From: Oopsacas minuta
Lineage: Eukaryota > Animalia > Porifera
Reading direction: 5' to 3'
NCBI GenBank assembly: GCA_024704765.1
Contig: JAKMXF010000166.1
Coordinates: forward strand, 248,001 to 312,000
Length of the DNA stretch: 64,000 nt
Shown: piece by piece, positions 45,401 through 56,295 of the stretch
Layout of the letters: each line of letters starts with the position of its first letter
Position numbering within the stretch: position 1 is the stretch's first letter
Notes under the pieces: generated by a model
What the model saw: only the letters and a program-made list of their open reading frames with translations
Databases searched by the model: none
What the model was told of the DNA's origin: nothing
Position numbers and translations under genes: made by a program

Positions 45401-48400
45401 TTTCAAGAGAATGCAGATAAGACCCTGGAAGAATTAATATACGAATTGAATTTAGATTTTAACAGAGAATGTATATCTTCTCAGTCAAATTTACTTGCTG
45501 GTTTGCATCCCACTAGCAGTGTAATAGAATCTCAATCTCATTTCTGTTCTTTTAATTCTATGATAAATAGTCTTTGGGAAAACAATCAGTCTACATATCT
45601 AACTCAGAATTTAATACCAGTAGAATATGGTGACAGCGTTAAATCAGGCCATGTTAGATCCATTCTAGTTTTTATTGTCAAGATGGCTATTTCGTGTAGC
45701 AGGAAATGTTCCTGTTTAGTTGCTCAAATTCTCAACTTTTTCTATATTCAATCTATTGACTCTATGCTTATTAATAAAGTGCTTTCTAATATCGCGATTG
45801 GCTTATCCTACCCAGATCTGCAGGTATACTTCGATTCTAACGTAGAATCTATAATGATTGAATGGAGATCCTTAAACAATTCCATATGCAACTTTCCTTT
45901 CGAGTTAATTTGTTTAAAAGAACTGGATTTTATAGAGCACTACGCTACTAAATGTATTCATATTATCTTACTGACAAGTGATAGTGAAGCAATGGGATTC
46001 CTGGTTAATTCCCTATCTCAGGAAAAATCTAATACCCATTTACTGAAGTTCTGCTTTGAACATAATATCTGTACAATTTTACTCAATTCTACCGACCAAC
46101 TTCCTATTATCGGTTTACCTTGCGCTAATACAGTATTCCCGCAAGTTAGTATGATTGAAGTTAGGAGTTATATCTTACAGCAATTATCTTTAGAATTACG
46201 AAGGAAATTAATTCAAGATAATAGTGAATCATGTCTCAGTAATTTGTTCACAAAATACATAGATTGTTGTAGCAAACAGAGGAAGCAGTTTATTGAGAGT
46301 ATATCACCGCCGCTATTTTTGCTTGATTTAAATGTATCTTGTTTGGAGGATGTTTTCGCGAAAATGTTCGGAATTTCGTTATTTTCACTATTCAAAGAAA
46401 ACCCTTACCTCCTGCCTAAATTACATATATTTATTTTGAAGAAACTTTACTCATCAGTACAACCACATACTTTTGTATTCAATCTATACACTTACTGTAC
46501 TTTCTTACAGTTTGTGTCTATGAATCTTAGTAATTGCACTGAGTTACTATATTTCCTGCTTTGTGATCCTGTGCACGTTCTGTTTGAGTTCCTCACAGAG
46601 GGAGGCGAGATTGGTACAGATATTCAGCGAATAAAGAGCAAATTCCATGATTCATTTACACATGAAGATACATGTACTCTCCTACACACGTTAATAATGA
46701 TATACAGATCTTGTCTCCTATGTATCCCCAAACTTGTTGAAAATACAATATCTATTCTGTTTGATATTCTGTGTTATCATAGCATGTCCATGGTCCAAGA
46801 AATATCAACTCTCTGTCTAGAGTGCATCAAAGAATTATTTGCAAATGTCCTATTCATGACTTATCACCCTAAAGTAATCGCAATTTTATTCTTTATCCCG
46901 TCTAACCCAGTGTTTGAAGAGATAAAAATTTGGTTAAACAAAAAATTCAAAAACATAATCCGATACGAAATTTTACAAGAACTTGCTGTAAATGCGTGGT
47001 ACGCATGTATGTCTTGTGTTACTTATTTAAATCAAGTTAAGTTGAATCTTCAATTATCTTTTGAACAAACAAATAATTCTTACGATTTCAACTCATTATT
47101 TGATGATCTTGTTCAGAAAATACATATTGTGAGTACATCATCAAATTCCACAGAAAAACTATCTGAATTGCTCTGCGAAATATTTCTATTATTAACTCCT
47201 TTCTGCTGTAGACACCGAATAGCTTTTGAGTGTGCCAATCTAGATGTCTATACACGGCCTATTAATCTCGCTGCTCATTTGTATCATTTACCTATTCTCC
47301 TGTCTCGATTATCTAAACTAGTAAAATCTACAAAAATTCAGCTCAAAGAGATAGCCTATACCACATACAACTCATTCTCTGATCCTCAATCTCTATTAAC
47401 TTCGATAGCAGCCTATAAACAATCAGGTGTATACTCTAATCTACCAATGATATACTCTTCTTATCTTCTTAACAAGAAGATTAGTAAAGTCAAATTCTGC
47501 AGCTCTAAGAATACAAATACACATATTCCATTCCAAATCCCTCTTGAGAATTCAGAATATCAAACAAAAATCTGGGTCAGAAAATTGTGTATATTTCTTC
47601 TAGAAAATTATATCAAAAATCCGATTTTTCTCAATACAAAACCTCTAATAGAACTAAGTGATGACTGTGCTAAAGATTTCCTCAAGATGTATATTTATGA
47701 AGTTATATTGGGAGGAGATGGTGACGAAATATTAATAATATCCGAACATTTAAATTGTGGATTGAAACAATCTTTTGATTTTCTACACGATACAAATTCT
47801 AGTACAATTCCTATAGAAAATTGTGTTAATGAATTTTGTATTAGAATAATAATGGAGATTGTTCAATTCTTGAGAAGGAAAGTATTATTTGATAAACAAT
47901 GCAGATCTTTCCGAGATAACTTCCTGCTAGATATTAACTACCTCTATTTAGCGTGTAGTGCATTTTTCTGCAAAGATTACCATTCAACATTACTATATCT
48001 CCATATATATATGGATCCGTTATGCAGTGAGTACTCATCACAGAATTTGGTTCCTAACAGTAGTTTAGTTGTTCCAAAATTGCTTATTAACACATATGGA
48101 GAATTGGGTGAGATTGAGTGTGTAAATTCAGTCCCGTGTAATTCTTTGTACTTAGAATTCCAAAAGGTTAAATTGGTTGGTAAATGGTCTGAAGTTATCC
48201 AAATGTGTGGTAATTTTCCATTCAATCAGATTGGTAATAGTCAAGACTTAAATGAGGCTATGTATCATATGGGCTGGTATTCTATGTTACTCCAACAATC
48301 AAATAATAATTCTGAATCTATTTCGAATTTACACTACGAATCTGCTTGGAGATTGAGTTTATGGGATGAGAAGTTGCCAGATGTAGGAACAGTCAATTCT

Positions 48401-51217
48401 AATGAAATTTTCTCTCAACAGATCATATACGAATGCATAAAGGCATTTAAAGAGAAAGAAATCTCATATACCCGTGACTATATATGTTCAAAAGTTTCTC
48501 ATACACTGAGAGAGTTCTTAATTTGTTCAGAAGGAAGTATTTTCAATATCTCTTATCTCCTTTCTAATATCTCAATTGCGCAGACTCTAATTCAGTTCTC
48601 TACATTTGCAGAATCAGTATTAGCTAGTCATAGACAATCAAATGATTTTCCTTCACAATCATTACTACTACCTTTTAAAGAAAAATTGAAAGACATATTG
48701 AGTATTAGAGTGTCTCTATTATTAAGATTAGTTAATTTTCTTGAAGCTGAGGAGTGTTGCGATCATAAATATTTCACTTCTTTGTTTGAGTTGATTCTAA
48801 ATGACGTCATTGCAGCAGCTAAATTAGCTAGAAAATCAAATCACTATTCAGAAGCAAATAATCTCTTACACACATTAGAATTGAAGTTAGAATCAATGGA
48901 AATATTGCCTCAGAAGTTTAAGAAGAAACTCTTAACTCAAATTAGCCTGGAAAGCGCGAAGGTTAAATTCTTACAGAAAGATTTTCAAACCTGCCATTCA
49001 GTATTAAAACTTAATATTAATAGATTTTCAAAGCATCCCACACAATTCCCTGAATTATATTGTTACTTTCTTACACTGTATGGTAACTTTCTTGGTGAAA
49101 CGCAGCAAGAAACTGCTAGTAATGTAGTTTCTCATTACCTGGAGAGATCAGTGAACACTCTACAACAATTAGAGTATGATACATCTTCACCTAGTCAAGT
49201 TAAACTTTTGGAGAAAGCTTACTTTTCACTAGCCCAATTCTCAGATAAACAGTACAGCATAATAATAGAGTATCTAAATTCTCCTGACTACAAAATGAAA
49301 CTTGAGCTTGCCGAAGCTTTTGACAAACTGAGCGAACTAAGTTTAGACACTACTGAACTGAAGCGTACACTGATCGACAACATAAAACAAGCGAAAGAAT
49401 ACCGCCAGCAATCATGTGAATTCGAAATGGATAAAATTGAATTCCTAAAAAAAGCTCTAGAAAGTTACTGTTTCTGTCTTGAGCTCAGTAATACGCATGA
49501 TATGGCTATATCTCGTGTAATTTCTTTGTGGTTTGATAATTCTGATAACCATGAAATCAATCAGATGTTACCCAGTCACTTAAATGCGATTAGCTCTCAT
49601 AAATTCATCCCATGGGTATTTCAGATCATTCCAAGGCTTTGTTTCCTACCTTGTGACGTAACAACACCCTTCTCACTAACCCTTACAGATCTCGTTATCA
49701 GAATGACAACTGATCATCCTTACCACTGCTTACCGATATTATTCGCGATTTTTCTCTCTCCACTTGATAACTGTTTCAATTCACACTATACATATGGTTC
49801 ATTGGATATTATCAGACTAAAACTTGAATTAATCAATAACGATAAATCTGTATTCCGCTGTAGAAATATCCTTGATAAAGTGAGAATGTTACAGAGAGAT
49901 ATCGTGTTAAAAATGGAGAATATTTCCACTGATCTAATAATGCTTGCTTATCATACTACTCCTGCCAAAAATAGCGGCATAAAGATCCCAAAACAATGTA
50001 CACTCTTGGGAGAATCTGCCATACAGCATCTACCTGTACTCACGATTGACATTCCTATAAGCCCAGTTTGTAACTACACAGATGTTGTTAGAATTGTCAA
50101 ATTTGAACCAACTTTTATTTATCTAGGAGGGAAATCTAAGCCAAAGCTTTTCACTTGTTGGGGATCAGATGGTAATCGCTATAAGATGTTACTTAAAGGT
50201 AGAGAAGATCTCAGAAAAGATGCAGTCATACAACAAGGGTTCTCTCTAATCAATCAGCTTTTGGCTCAGGACTCATGGTTTGTAGAAAAAGGTGTTACAA
50301 TTCGCACTTATAAAATTGTCCCTCTATCTCAAGACTCTGGCCTAATCAGTTTTTGTGAGGGAACTATTTCATTGTCTGAGTATTTGGTCCAGAAAAACGG
50401 TGCACATCAACGTTACTATCCAAACACTCCTACATCTAGTGACTGTGAGGGACTAATGTATTCTGCGAGAAAACATTCTAACCAACATTGTCTAACATCT
50501 TTCCGAAAAGTTTGTCAAATTTTTCATCCTGTATTCCGATTCTTTTTCTTTGAAATGTTCACTGACTCTACAACTTGGTTCCAGCGTAAGATGCAATACA
50601 CTCGTAGTGTAGCTGTTACATCAATGGCAGGCTACATATTTGGTGTTGGGGACAGACACACAGAAAATATTCGTATTAACACGTCTACAGCTGAAATTGT
50701 GCATATAGACTTTGGAGAATTGTTTGATTCAGGTAAGCACCTACCAGTTCCAGAACTGGTACCTTTTCGTTTAACTCGAGACCTCATTGATCCCATGGGT
50801 CAGTTAGGCAAGGAGGGAGTGTTTAGGCCTTGTTGTGAGGAGACTTTAAGGATTATTCGACAATCCAAGGAGAATATCAAGAGTGTTATTAACGTATTGC
50901 TATATACCCCTCTACATAAATGGAAGATTCTACAGAATTGTCTTAAAGCTTCCATGGAAAAGCAGTCATCTCAAGGCCAAGAATTACCTACTAATACTAA
51001 TACTGTTGCTGCAGGTAATAAAGCTGGTATATCTATGCTAGGAGAAGATACGAATGAAATAGCTCTCAGAGTATTGCTACGTATTAACGAGAAGATTGAT
51101 GGTATCGAAGGTAGAACTCCTCTGAGTATTGCTGGACAAGTCAATAGATTAATTGCCGAGGCTACTGACGAGGTTAATTTAAGTTTAATGTATCCTGGCT
51201 GGAAGGCTTGGTTATAA
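42413..51217 (+). CDS. ATM: Serine/threonine PIKK kinase ATM, uninterrupted 8.8-kb ORF
   Basis: GSDGNRYKMLLKGREDLRKDAVIQQ; GVGDRHTENI..HIDFG..PELVPFRLTRD; FATC LSIAGQVNRLIAEATDEVNLSLMYPGWKAWL; FAT region HYESAWRLSLWD; 2934 aa from ATG 42413. Confidence 0.96.
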   Translation: MDLEDRLCTILQDLTKSKQRVKARKALEDLLTDKRKDVVGVLNNSQLFTWKELVFSVMEYNMKEIDDYLKKQVVAFSCIKPLLSTILKLQFENDNYSAIKYTIQHVTDQLTRDSDFILSFIGHEYVQILGSLIIDNYTIRCLLTQDKWNLIYKCMCALVSNSTNATYRSYLLSEASNVFLKLIDIGYQHSTLPIYYILNSLFKALCEFKDIHGSPFIKLISTFNILAERDGIECRALVCRIGDDILDSMLNYIINAKSHNNNVTEQCLVFIFLQIKFHHPSDIIEPDYITREWINSLLYFHQVLLEKFQAPKDVFQLISTVEVEASDYQNIPKLFYRMLVQVERSFLLIIEYFPDSLCLLSTSQPKRIKLSSVDFVDLITDNLPNHSHPKFIIYLHLLLNLLANMPHLFKNRILIILRLLFEIPCTRAAELNHSITNEVIHCLICIVTSKDVFLEQNVVNLIVTNILLQNLHLQKQPSYYRLLSIILESNTQAKLPVINWKELQHSLIDSKCIGFLWKYLSIHDLPCCQDIPNSTFSMEHSLPRHSTRIFIINCLLPEKFDNTKSIVNWLTSCDTFFMLGQILASQCMLSSCKSLLLTERFLTDSMLRKFQHTTKVDNFSQDSIRIMLEFEFIPIPTLPNPETFRLYKSERSAIPSYYTEYIAYINSIFLRLVTYFSGNECKQRSTILLSLLKYYFYFHFNLVVWTSFQTNLLPISIQNEFIILVFNQLVEDLLQFPSLDTLSATIKLEEFLIELKMIVSNSNYFYTPAIHSVISSFLNIIPDNIIDSLKSIISHLYESTSKQLPLTRALNPLDINLLDKQHTVTISIVRILCNLHWLYYKISSTDHHHLEYLLTNSFLCQLLNNLLDIKSVFSLQASIVVCEHLAYSFTSCSESVLCLILERLLLICTQLCKFNQTALNKVMLILQCLAEQLVCFIKVNITISHHVENLLRILTSIYMNVRFSNPNRVLYIEFIFHFYKVFHELNWPILTLQTNKFQENADKTLEELIYELNLDFNRECISSQSNLLAGLHPTSSVIESQSHFCSFNSMINSLWENNQSTYLTQNLIPVEYGDSVKSGHVRSILVFIVKMAISCSRKCSCLVAQILNFFYIQSIDSMLINKVLSNIAIGLSYPDLQVYFDSNVESIMIEWRSLNNSICNFPFELICLKELDFIEHYATKCIHIILLTSDSEAMGFLVNSLSQEKSNTHLLKFCFEHNICTILLNSTDQLPIIGLPCANTVFPQVSMIEVRSYILQQLSLELRRKLIQDNSESCLSNLFTKYIDCCSKQRKQFIESISPPLFLLDLNVSCLEDVFAKMFGISLFSLFKENPYLLPKLHIFILKKLYSSVQPHTFVFNLYTYCTFLQFVSMNLSNCTELLYFLLCDPVHVLFEFLTEGGEIGTDIQRIKSKFHDSFTHEDTCTLLHTLIMIYRSCLLCIPKLVENTISILFDILCYHSMSMVQEISTLCLECIKELFANVLFMTYHPKVIAILFFIPSNPVFEEIKIWLNKKFKNIIRYEILQELAVNAWYACMSCVTYLNQVKLNLQLSFEQTNNSYDFNSLFDDLVQKIHIVSTSSNSTEKLSELLCEIFLLLTPFCCRHRIAFECANLDVYTRPINLAAHLYHLPILLSRLSKLVKSTKIQLKEIAYTTYNSFSDPQSLLTSIAAYKQSGVYSNLPMIYSSYLLNKKISKVKFCSSKNTNTHIPFQIPLENSEYQTKIWVRKLCIFLLENYIKNPIFLNTKPLIELSDDCAKDFLKMYIYEVILGGDGDEILIISEHLNCGLKQSFDFLHDTNSSTIPIENCVNEFCIRIIMEIVQFLRRKVLFDKQCRSFRDNFLLDINYLYLACSAFFCKDYHSTLLYLHIYMDPLCSEYSSQNLVPNSSLVVPKLLINTYGELGEIECVNSVPCNSLYLEFQKVKLVGKWSEVIQMCGNFPFNQIGNSQDLNEAMYHMGWYSMLLQQSNNNSESISNLHYESAWRLSLWDEKLPDVGTVNSNEIFSQQIIYECIKAFKEKEISYTRDYICSKVSHTLREFLICSEGSIFNISYLLSNISIAQTLIQFSTFAESVLASHRQSNDFPSQSLLLPFKEKLKDILSIRVSLLLRLVNFLEAEECCDHKYFTSLFELILNDVIAAAKLARKSNHYSEANNLLHTLELKLESMEILPQKFKKKLLTQISLESAKVKFLQKDFQTCHSVLKLNINRFSKHPTQFPELYCYFLTLYGNFLGETQQETASNVVSHYLERSVNTLQQLEYDTSSPSQVKLLEKAYFSLAQFSDKQYSIIIEYLNSPDYKMKLELAEAFDKLSELSLDTTELKRTLIDNIKQAKEYRQQSCEFEMDKIEFLKKALESYCFCLELSNTHDMAISRVISLWFDNSDNHEINQMLPSHLNAISSHKFIPWVFQIIPRLCFLPCDVTTPFSLTLTDLVIRMTTDHPYHCLPILFAIFLSPLDNCFNSHYTYGSLDIIRLKLELINNDKSVFRCRNILDKVRMLQRDIVLKMENISTDLIMLAYHTTPAKNSGIKIPKQCTLLGESAIQHLPVLTIDIPISPVCNYTDVVRIVKFEPTFIYLGGKSKPKLFTCWGSDGNRYKMLLKGREDLRKDAVIQQGFSLINQLLAQDSWFVEKGVTIRTYKIVPLSQDSGLISFCEGTISLSEYLVQKNGAHQRYYPNTPTSSDCEGLMYSARKHSNQHCLTSFRKVCQIFHPVFRFFFFEMFTDSTTWFQRKMQYTRSVAVTSMAGYIFGVGDRHTENIRINTSTAEIVHIDFGELFDSGKHLPVPELVPFRLTRDLIDPMGQLGKEGVFRPCCEETLRIIRQSKENIKSVINVLLYTPLHKWKILQNCLKASMEKQSSQGQELPTNTNTVAAGNKAGISMLGEDTNEIALRVLLRINEKIDGIEGRTPLSIAGQVNRLIAEATDEVNLSLMYPGWKAWL

Positions 51218-51526
51218 GCGTGTTAATAATTGATATACGAATGTTTGTAGGTAATTACATATTCTTATTCTTGTATAAACGGGAGGGGATGGCTTAATAT
51301 TTTAGTTAATTGTGTGGAATTCTGTCGAAGTTAAAAGAGACACGCACTGTTTCACGAATACATACTTTAGGAGACATTTGAGTTTCACAAATTTCACCAA
51401 TATATCTGGTCCCACATTTTATAAATTTCTAGCTTATGAAACTAACATTCGGCTATTTTCAATACTATTTTAGATGTTGTTGGATTTTGTATGATTTAAC
51501 TGTGTTACTGGTTCAGATTTAATAGC

Positions 51527-52923
51527 ATGTCTCGTATGTTGCCTTTACTCTTATTGCTAGCCTTCAGTGCTAATCTGAATGCAGTGAAGATATGTCGTGA
51601 ATCACAGGCACTCTTATTCACAGAAAATAATTTATGTTATTTGCTAAAAGATAAAATGCAATCGTATGCTATAGCGAAGAGTCAATGTATGGCATTATCA
51701 GATGGAAATTTAGTGAGCATTATGACCAATGAAGAAGATGAATTCATAAAACTAAACTTCACAGCAGAATTCCCATTCTGGATAGGATTATCTGACATTT
51801 CTACTGAAGAAGAGTTCATATGGGAGGAGACTGGTGAACCTCTAGCGTCTGATTACACCAATTGGGAGAATAAGTCTGACAATGAACTACTTAGAAATTG
51901 CGTTTTCTATAATACCGATAAACTTTGGGAAATACAAGTATGTAGTTATAGTTATTCGTACTTGTGCAAGTTTGAAAGTTGTAATTCTAATGACGGTGTA
52001 TATTGCGTTGGAGAAGCGCCAACAACAGAACCTGCAGGATTTGATATTGTGCCAATAGTAGTTGTACTTATTATACTGGTAATAATTGTGGTAATTGTTG
52101 TAATTGTAATTTTAGTATTGTTCTATCTCTACAAGAAACAAAATGATGTATGGAAGAGATTGTGTTCTTGTATCACGTTTAAACAGGTCAGTTTATACTG
52201 TGTATTTGGGAATTATTTTAATTTCAAGCTATTTGTATCCTTCAGGCGAAGCAAAAAGTTCATGGCTTGGAGCAAGAGAATTTCCGTCTTAGAAAAGAAT
52301 TGGGTGATTTAAAACACACCAGTATAAATCTGAGTGGTTCCCAATCACTCAACAAACCTCGCGTGATATCATCGATACCAGATGGTCAAGGTGGAATGCT
52401 ACCTTCCATCCGTCCAGTAATACCATCCTCAAACGCTCATCCGCCTATTCCTGTCTCGCCTCCTGGAGACCCCTCTAAGCCAGGTCCTCCCCCTCTTGCT
52501 CAGAATACATCTCTTCTGCAAAGTTCGATGAATTACTCGATTCGATCTCAGATCGTACCCACCCCCCTTCCCCAGCCCAACCTGAACTCTTCTATCACTA
52601 GCGATCAGATTGCTGGAATCTTGTGGTCACAAAAGGCTGATTTTCAGGTGCCTAAAAAGCCGTTCATGAATTCTGGACAGCAGCGTGTACCTTCTCGTAG
52701 CCTTTTCCAGAGCCCCTTTCCCACAACTTCGACACCTTTCACATTTCCAAACACCGGTAACCTAATCGCTTCCCCTCTGCCTAATCCTTCAGAAGCTCTA
52801 CAGATAAACAGTACACAAGATAATATAAAGAAACCGACGGAGAAGGAAGAATCTAAGATTGAAACTGAGCAAGATGTTCCATCTGTTGGAGAAGAGAAAA
52901 TACCCCAAGAAGATAAGCAATGA
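51527..52923 (+). CDS. Type I membrane C-type lectin domain protein with proline-rich tail; join(51527..52186,52246..52923), about 445 aa
   Basis: Signal peptide; CTLD (CY..AKSQC..LVSI..FWIGL..W..YTNW..C..W..C..Y.CK); TM; 59-bp GT-AG intron joins the two ORFs in frame. Confidence 0.88.
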
Positions 52924-55081
52924 TTATACCATTTGTATTAGTTAATATTTATACTTATTTTATTATTTACACCTTTTTTATCACTTTTGAATTATGTTAA
53001 CATCTCTTCTTTTTAATTTCTAATTGAGCAGCTAATGCAATGGCAATCTTTGAGATACTGGATAATTAAGTGACGTGTAGCGGTATCATATACCAATACT
53101 TATTTACCTAACTATTACTACATCAATATTTTTTTGAAGAATGTAAATCACTTTAACCGGATAAATATTTTTGTCATTTCTGATTTCTGTTCAATCACAT
53201 ATTTGCAGATATTTTTGCAGATTTTTATAAATAAAACGGTAATTCTTCGATCTGTAGTCGTTTTGTTCGTGGATATTTTGATTTGTAGTTGTTTGCCTGG
53301 ACATCCTGACACATGGATAGTTGTTATTCATTTTTCGAATAAGGGAAATCTTACAGTTAACTGTTCAACAATAATCCTTGGATAATAACAAAGTTTCACC
53401 CAATGATGTTACTTGTTATGAAATTACAGATTACCTTAAACAGCCGAAGCCGTACTCTTTTAAGGATTGTTCAATAATAAGTTTGTTAACTTTCAAAATT
53501 TATATGAATTTAACATAACGAATACTTGTAAATGTTAGTATTTTAGGAACCCAAAATTTGCGTTGTGATTCATCAGCTGGATAGGCGGGACTAATTAGCA
53601 GGTCTTAACGGCCATCAAAGCTAAACGGCGACAAACCAAATTTGTACAAAACTCTCGTTCTTACTACTGTAATCTTAACTAATACAGTCCCGGTAAAAGT
53701 CTGGGATATTTTCGTCTTTTCAACTTCCATGCTATTTCATACAAATGCGAGAAATCTAACCAAATGATGTGATACTATTTTTTCTAATAATTTTCATTTA
53801 TTCATCCACAAAAATATAATTCTATTCTGAATTTTTGAACATTTTTTACTGAATAGAGATAATTGTGCCTTGGATGTTGTTTCGCCCATAGCATTATGTT
53901 CCAGCCTATTTTAACGCACTATTCGTTGAGTTGTTGTCTAGCGTATTTATGTTTAGGTTTGTCGCTATTTTGACTAGAAATCAACGTAGCATATTAGCAT
54001 TGGGATGGAATACAAAAATCGGGACAATGTTTGTTTTGGCGAGTTTCAGCTGGACATCAGCCTCATTACATGTGCCAATAGGCTCGATCTCCCACCTAAA
54101 CCGTACAGTTGACAATTATGCCAGTACTTTCGAAATATTTTCTTTTACATTGGTTTACTCGCTTAATTAACCTGTCCAGAACTTTATTCATAATTTCACT
54201 ACGAATTTTTCTTGTTACCATTCTGAGATCGATTTTTAGTTTAAACTATTTATTTTATTGTCCAAGAATCAATGAAATTCCTCAAACTACCCATGAATAT
54301 TTTTCGTCCAAACGCATTGAGTCATTTGAGTGGGCCAGAAGCCAGAGCCGAAAATTACTGATTTTTGATTGTTTTCAGATAGAATACATCAAAGATTTGA
54401 ATCAACTGTAAATTCTGTTAACACTGCCTTGTTGGAATTGGAATCATCGTTTTAGCTCGCAATTATTTATTCATTTTGTAATTCAAAAACCTTCAAATTA
54501 TTTGATAATTAATGATTTAATAGCAAAAATCAATGATTTTTGCCATTCACGCGGCTGATTAAAATCTCTCTATACATTAACACGTTCGCAATGGGACCGA
54601 AAAGTGTAGCTATACAATAATACTGACTAACTAAAGGCATCATCAAAATGTTACCAAAGAATCACTTTTGAGATCATTATTTATCTTGAAGGTACTTGTT
54701 ATATTTCGCGCTATTATCATGAGATTCCGATCTTTTACCGCTGTTTTCTAACAAATGTACGAAATGTGGAATTTTTTGAAATATATATACTTTTCTGTCA
54801 TAGCTAAGACACTACTATAGCTATTTCAATAGACCTTAACTTTAACTATAGCATAATTACAATACTGAATAAAATCATCAAGGCTAATTATGTCTGCGAC
54901 ACACACGTCCGTTGCGAATGTTTTAATTAAATAAACAAGAGCAGTAACTTTATTCGATGCCAAAATATATCGATAGGCTAATTAATAATTATTCAAAGGA
55001 AACACATTCAATTAATAATAATAATATCTATCTATCTCTATGGAGGGAGTTGTGACATAATAATTATCGTAAATGTATTAG

Positions 55082-55678
55082 TTAGAAATCTAAAATATAA
55101 TAGTAATTTCCTCTCATATCTGTGACTCGCTCTAATCGATCAATTCCTGTTCTCCGTTCATATGAATATAATTCTTGTTCTATATATCGAGGAGACATGA
55201 ATGTTGGTACTAACGTATCATTGTTCTGGAATCCTTCTGTACCGTAGTTTTCACATGTCTTCTTTACTGGATAGTAATTGGTTGGAGATTGTATTCTTTC
55301 TTCGATCTTTTTACTTTTCTTTATTTTTCGTTTATATTTTGCGAGGGGTGATTTGTAAAACGAAGCGTTCCCCTTCGTTTTCCCTATATCCTCCATCAAT
55401 TCATAGTGATGACTTGCGGACTCATAAGCTCTCTGATACATTCTGTTACTTTCTAATTCACTCATCATGCAGGCCATGCTATTAGTATGTTCTGTTGAGA
55501 AGCAATTTCGTCTATTTGGTGTAAATCTTGAAACAGATGATACGTCATCGTATAAATTATTCGGTACATACATGAAGTATTTTGCATCTTTCCGGGATAC
55601 TATTGCCTTCCTGATCTTTGCGAAATTCATGATGGAATCAAATGTTCGGATAATATGTGAGTATTTGCTACTCTCCAA
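55082..55678 (-). CDS. Orphan Tyr-rich, largely disordered protein (198 aa)
   Basis: ATG-initiated ORF; shares DxxGNxYYxLD motif with the 56296 ORF. Confidence 0.6.
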   Translation of the reverse strand: MESSKYSHIIRTFDSIMNFAKIRKAIVSRKDAKYFMYVPNNLYDDVSSVSRFTPNRRNCFSTEHTNSMACMMSELESNRMYQRAYESASHHYELMEDIGKTKGNASFYKSPLAKYKRKIKKSKKIEERIQSPTNYYPVKKTCENYGTEGFQNNDTLVPTFMSPRYIEQELYSYERRTGIDRLERVTDMRGNYYYILDF

Positions 55679-56295
55679 CCCATTTATACTCTATCATATA
55701 CCAATGTTACATACTACACACATTGGACAAGTTGACTGCTATCAGCTGTAGGTTTTATGGATGCTGTATTGCTGTTCCTAATACATTGGCCCGGCAGAGC
55801 AGTATGTAAGCGAAATATTGTTTGTTTATGATGTTATTATTATATGCTAATATTTCGGGAATTGTCAAAGGACTAACTAATTAATATTTAGAATATATTA
55901 TTCCAATCAATATTTTCATTCTATCTTATTGAATACTACAACCGATTACAGTCGACGTGTTAGCGTTCGTAAAGAAAAGGAACGCGATAATTTACCAATT
56001 TCTTTTAACCAATTCCCGCACCCAAATCGAGATTTCAGCACCTTTTTGACGTCATAAAATGACAGATTTTCCCGGCAGTATTCGGTTCACCTTCAAACTG
56101 TTTGTATTTGTATTATTCATAATTTCTTATCGTAGCCTTATGAAGATAAATTCAAGTCTGTAATTCTGATTTTTAGACGTGTATGATATAATTATGTAAT
56201 TAATTAATACATCACAATTATCCCTATCATGTTGCAAATGATAATTAGTATATATTTCTTCATAGGCTTACCCATGAAAATATTAATTTTATCAA

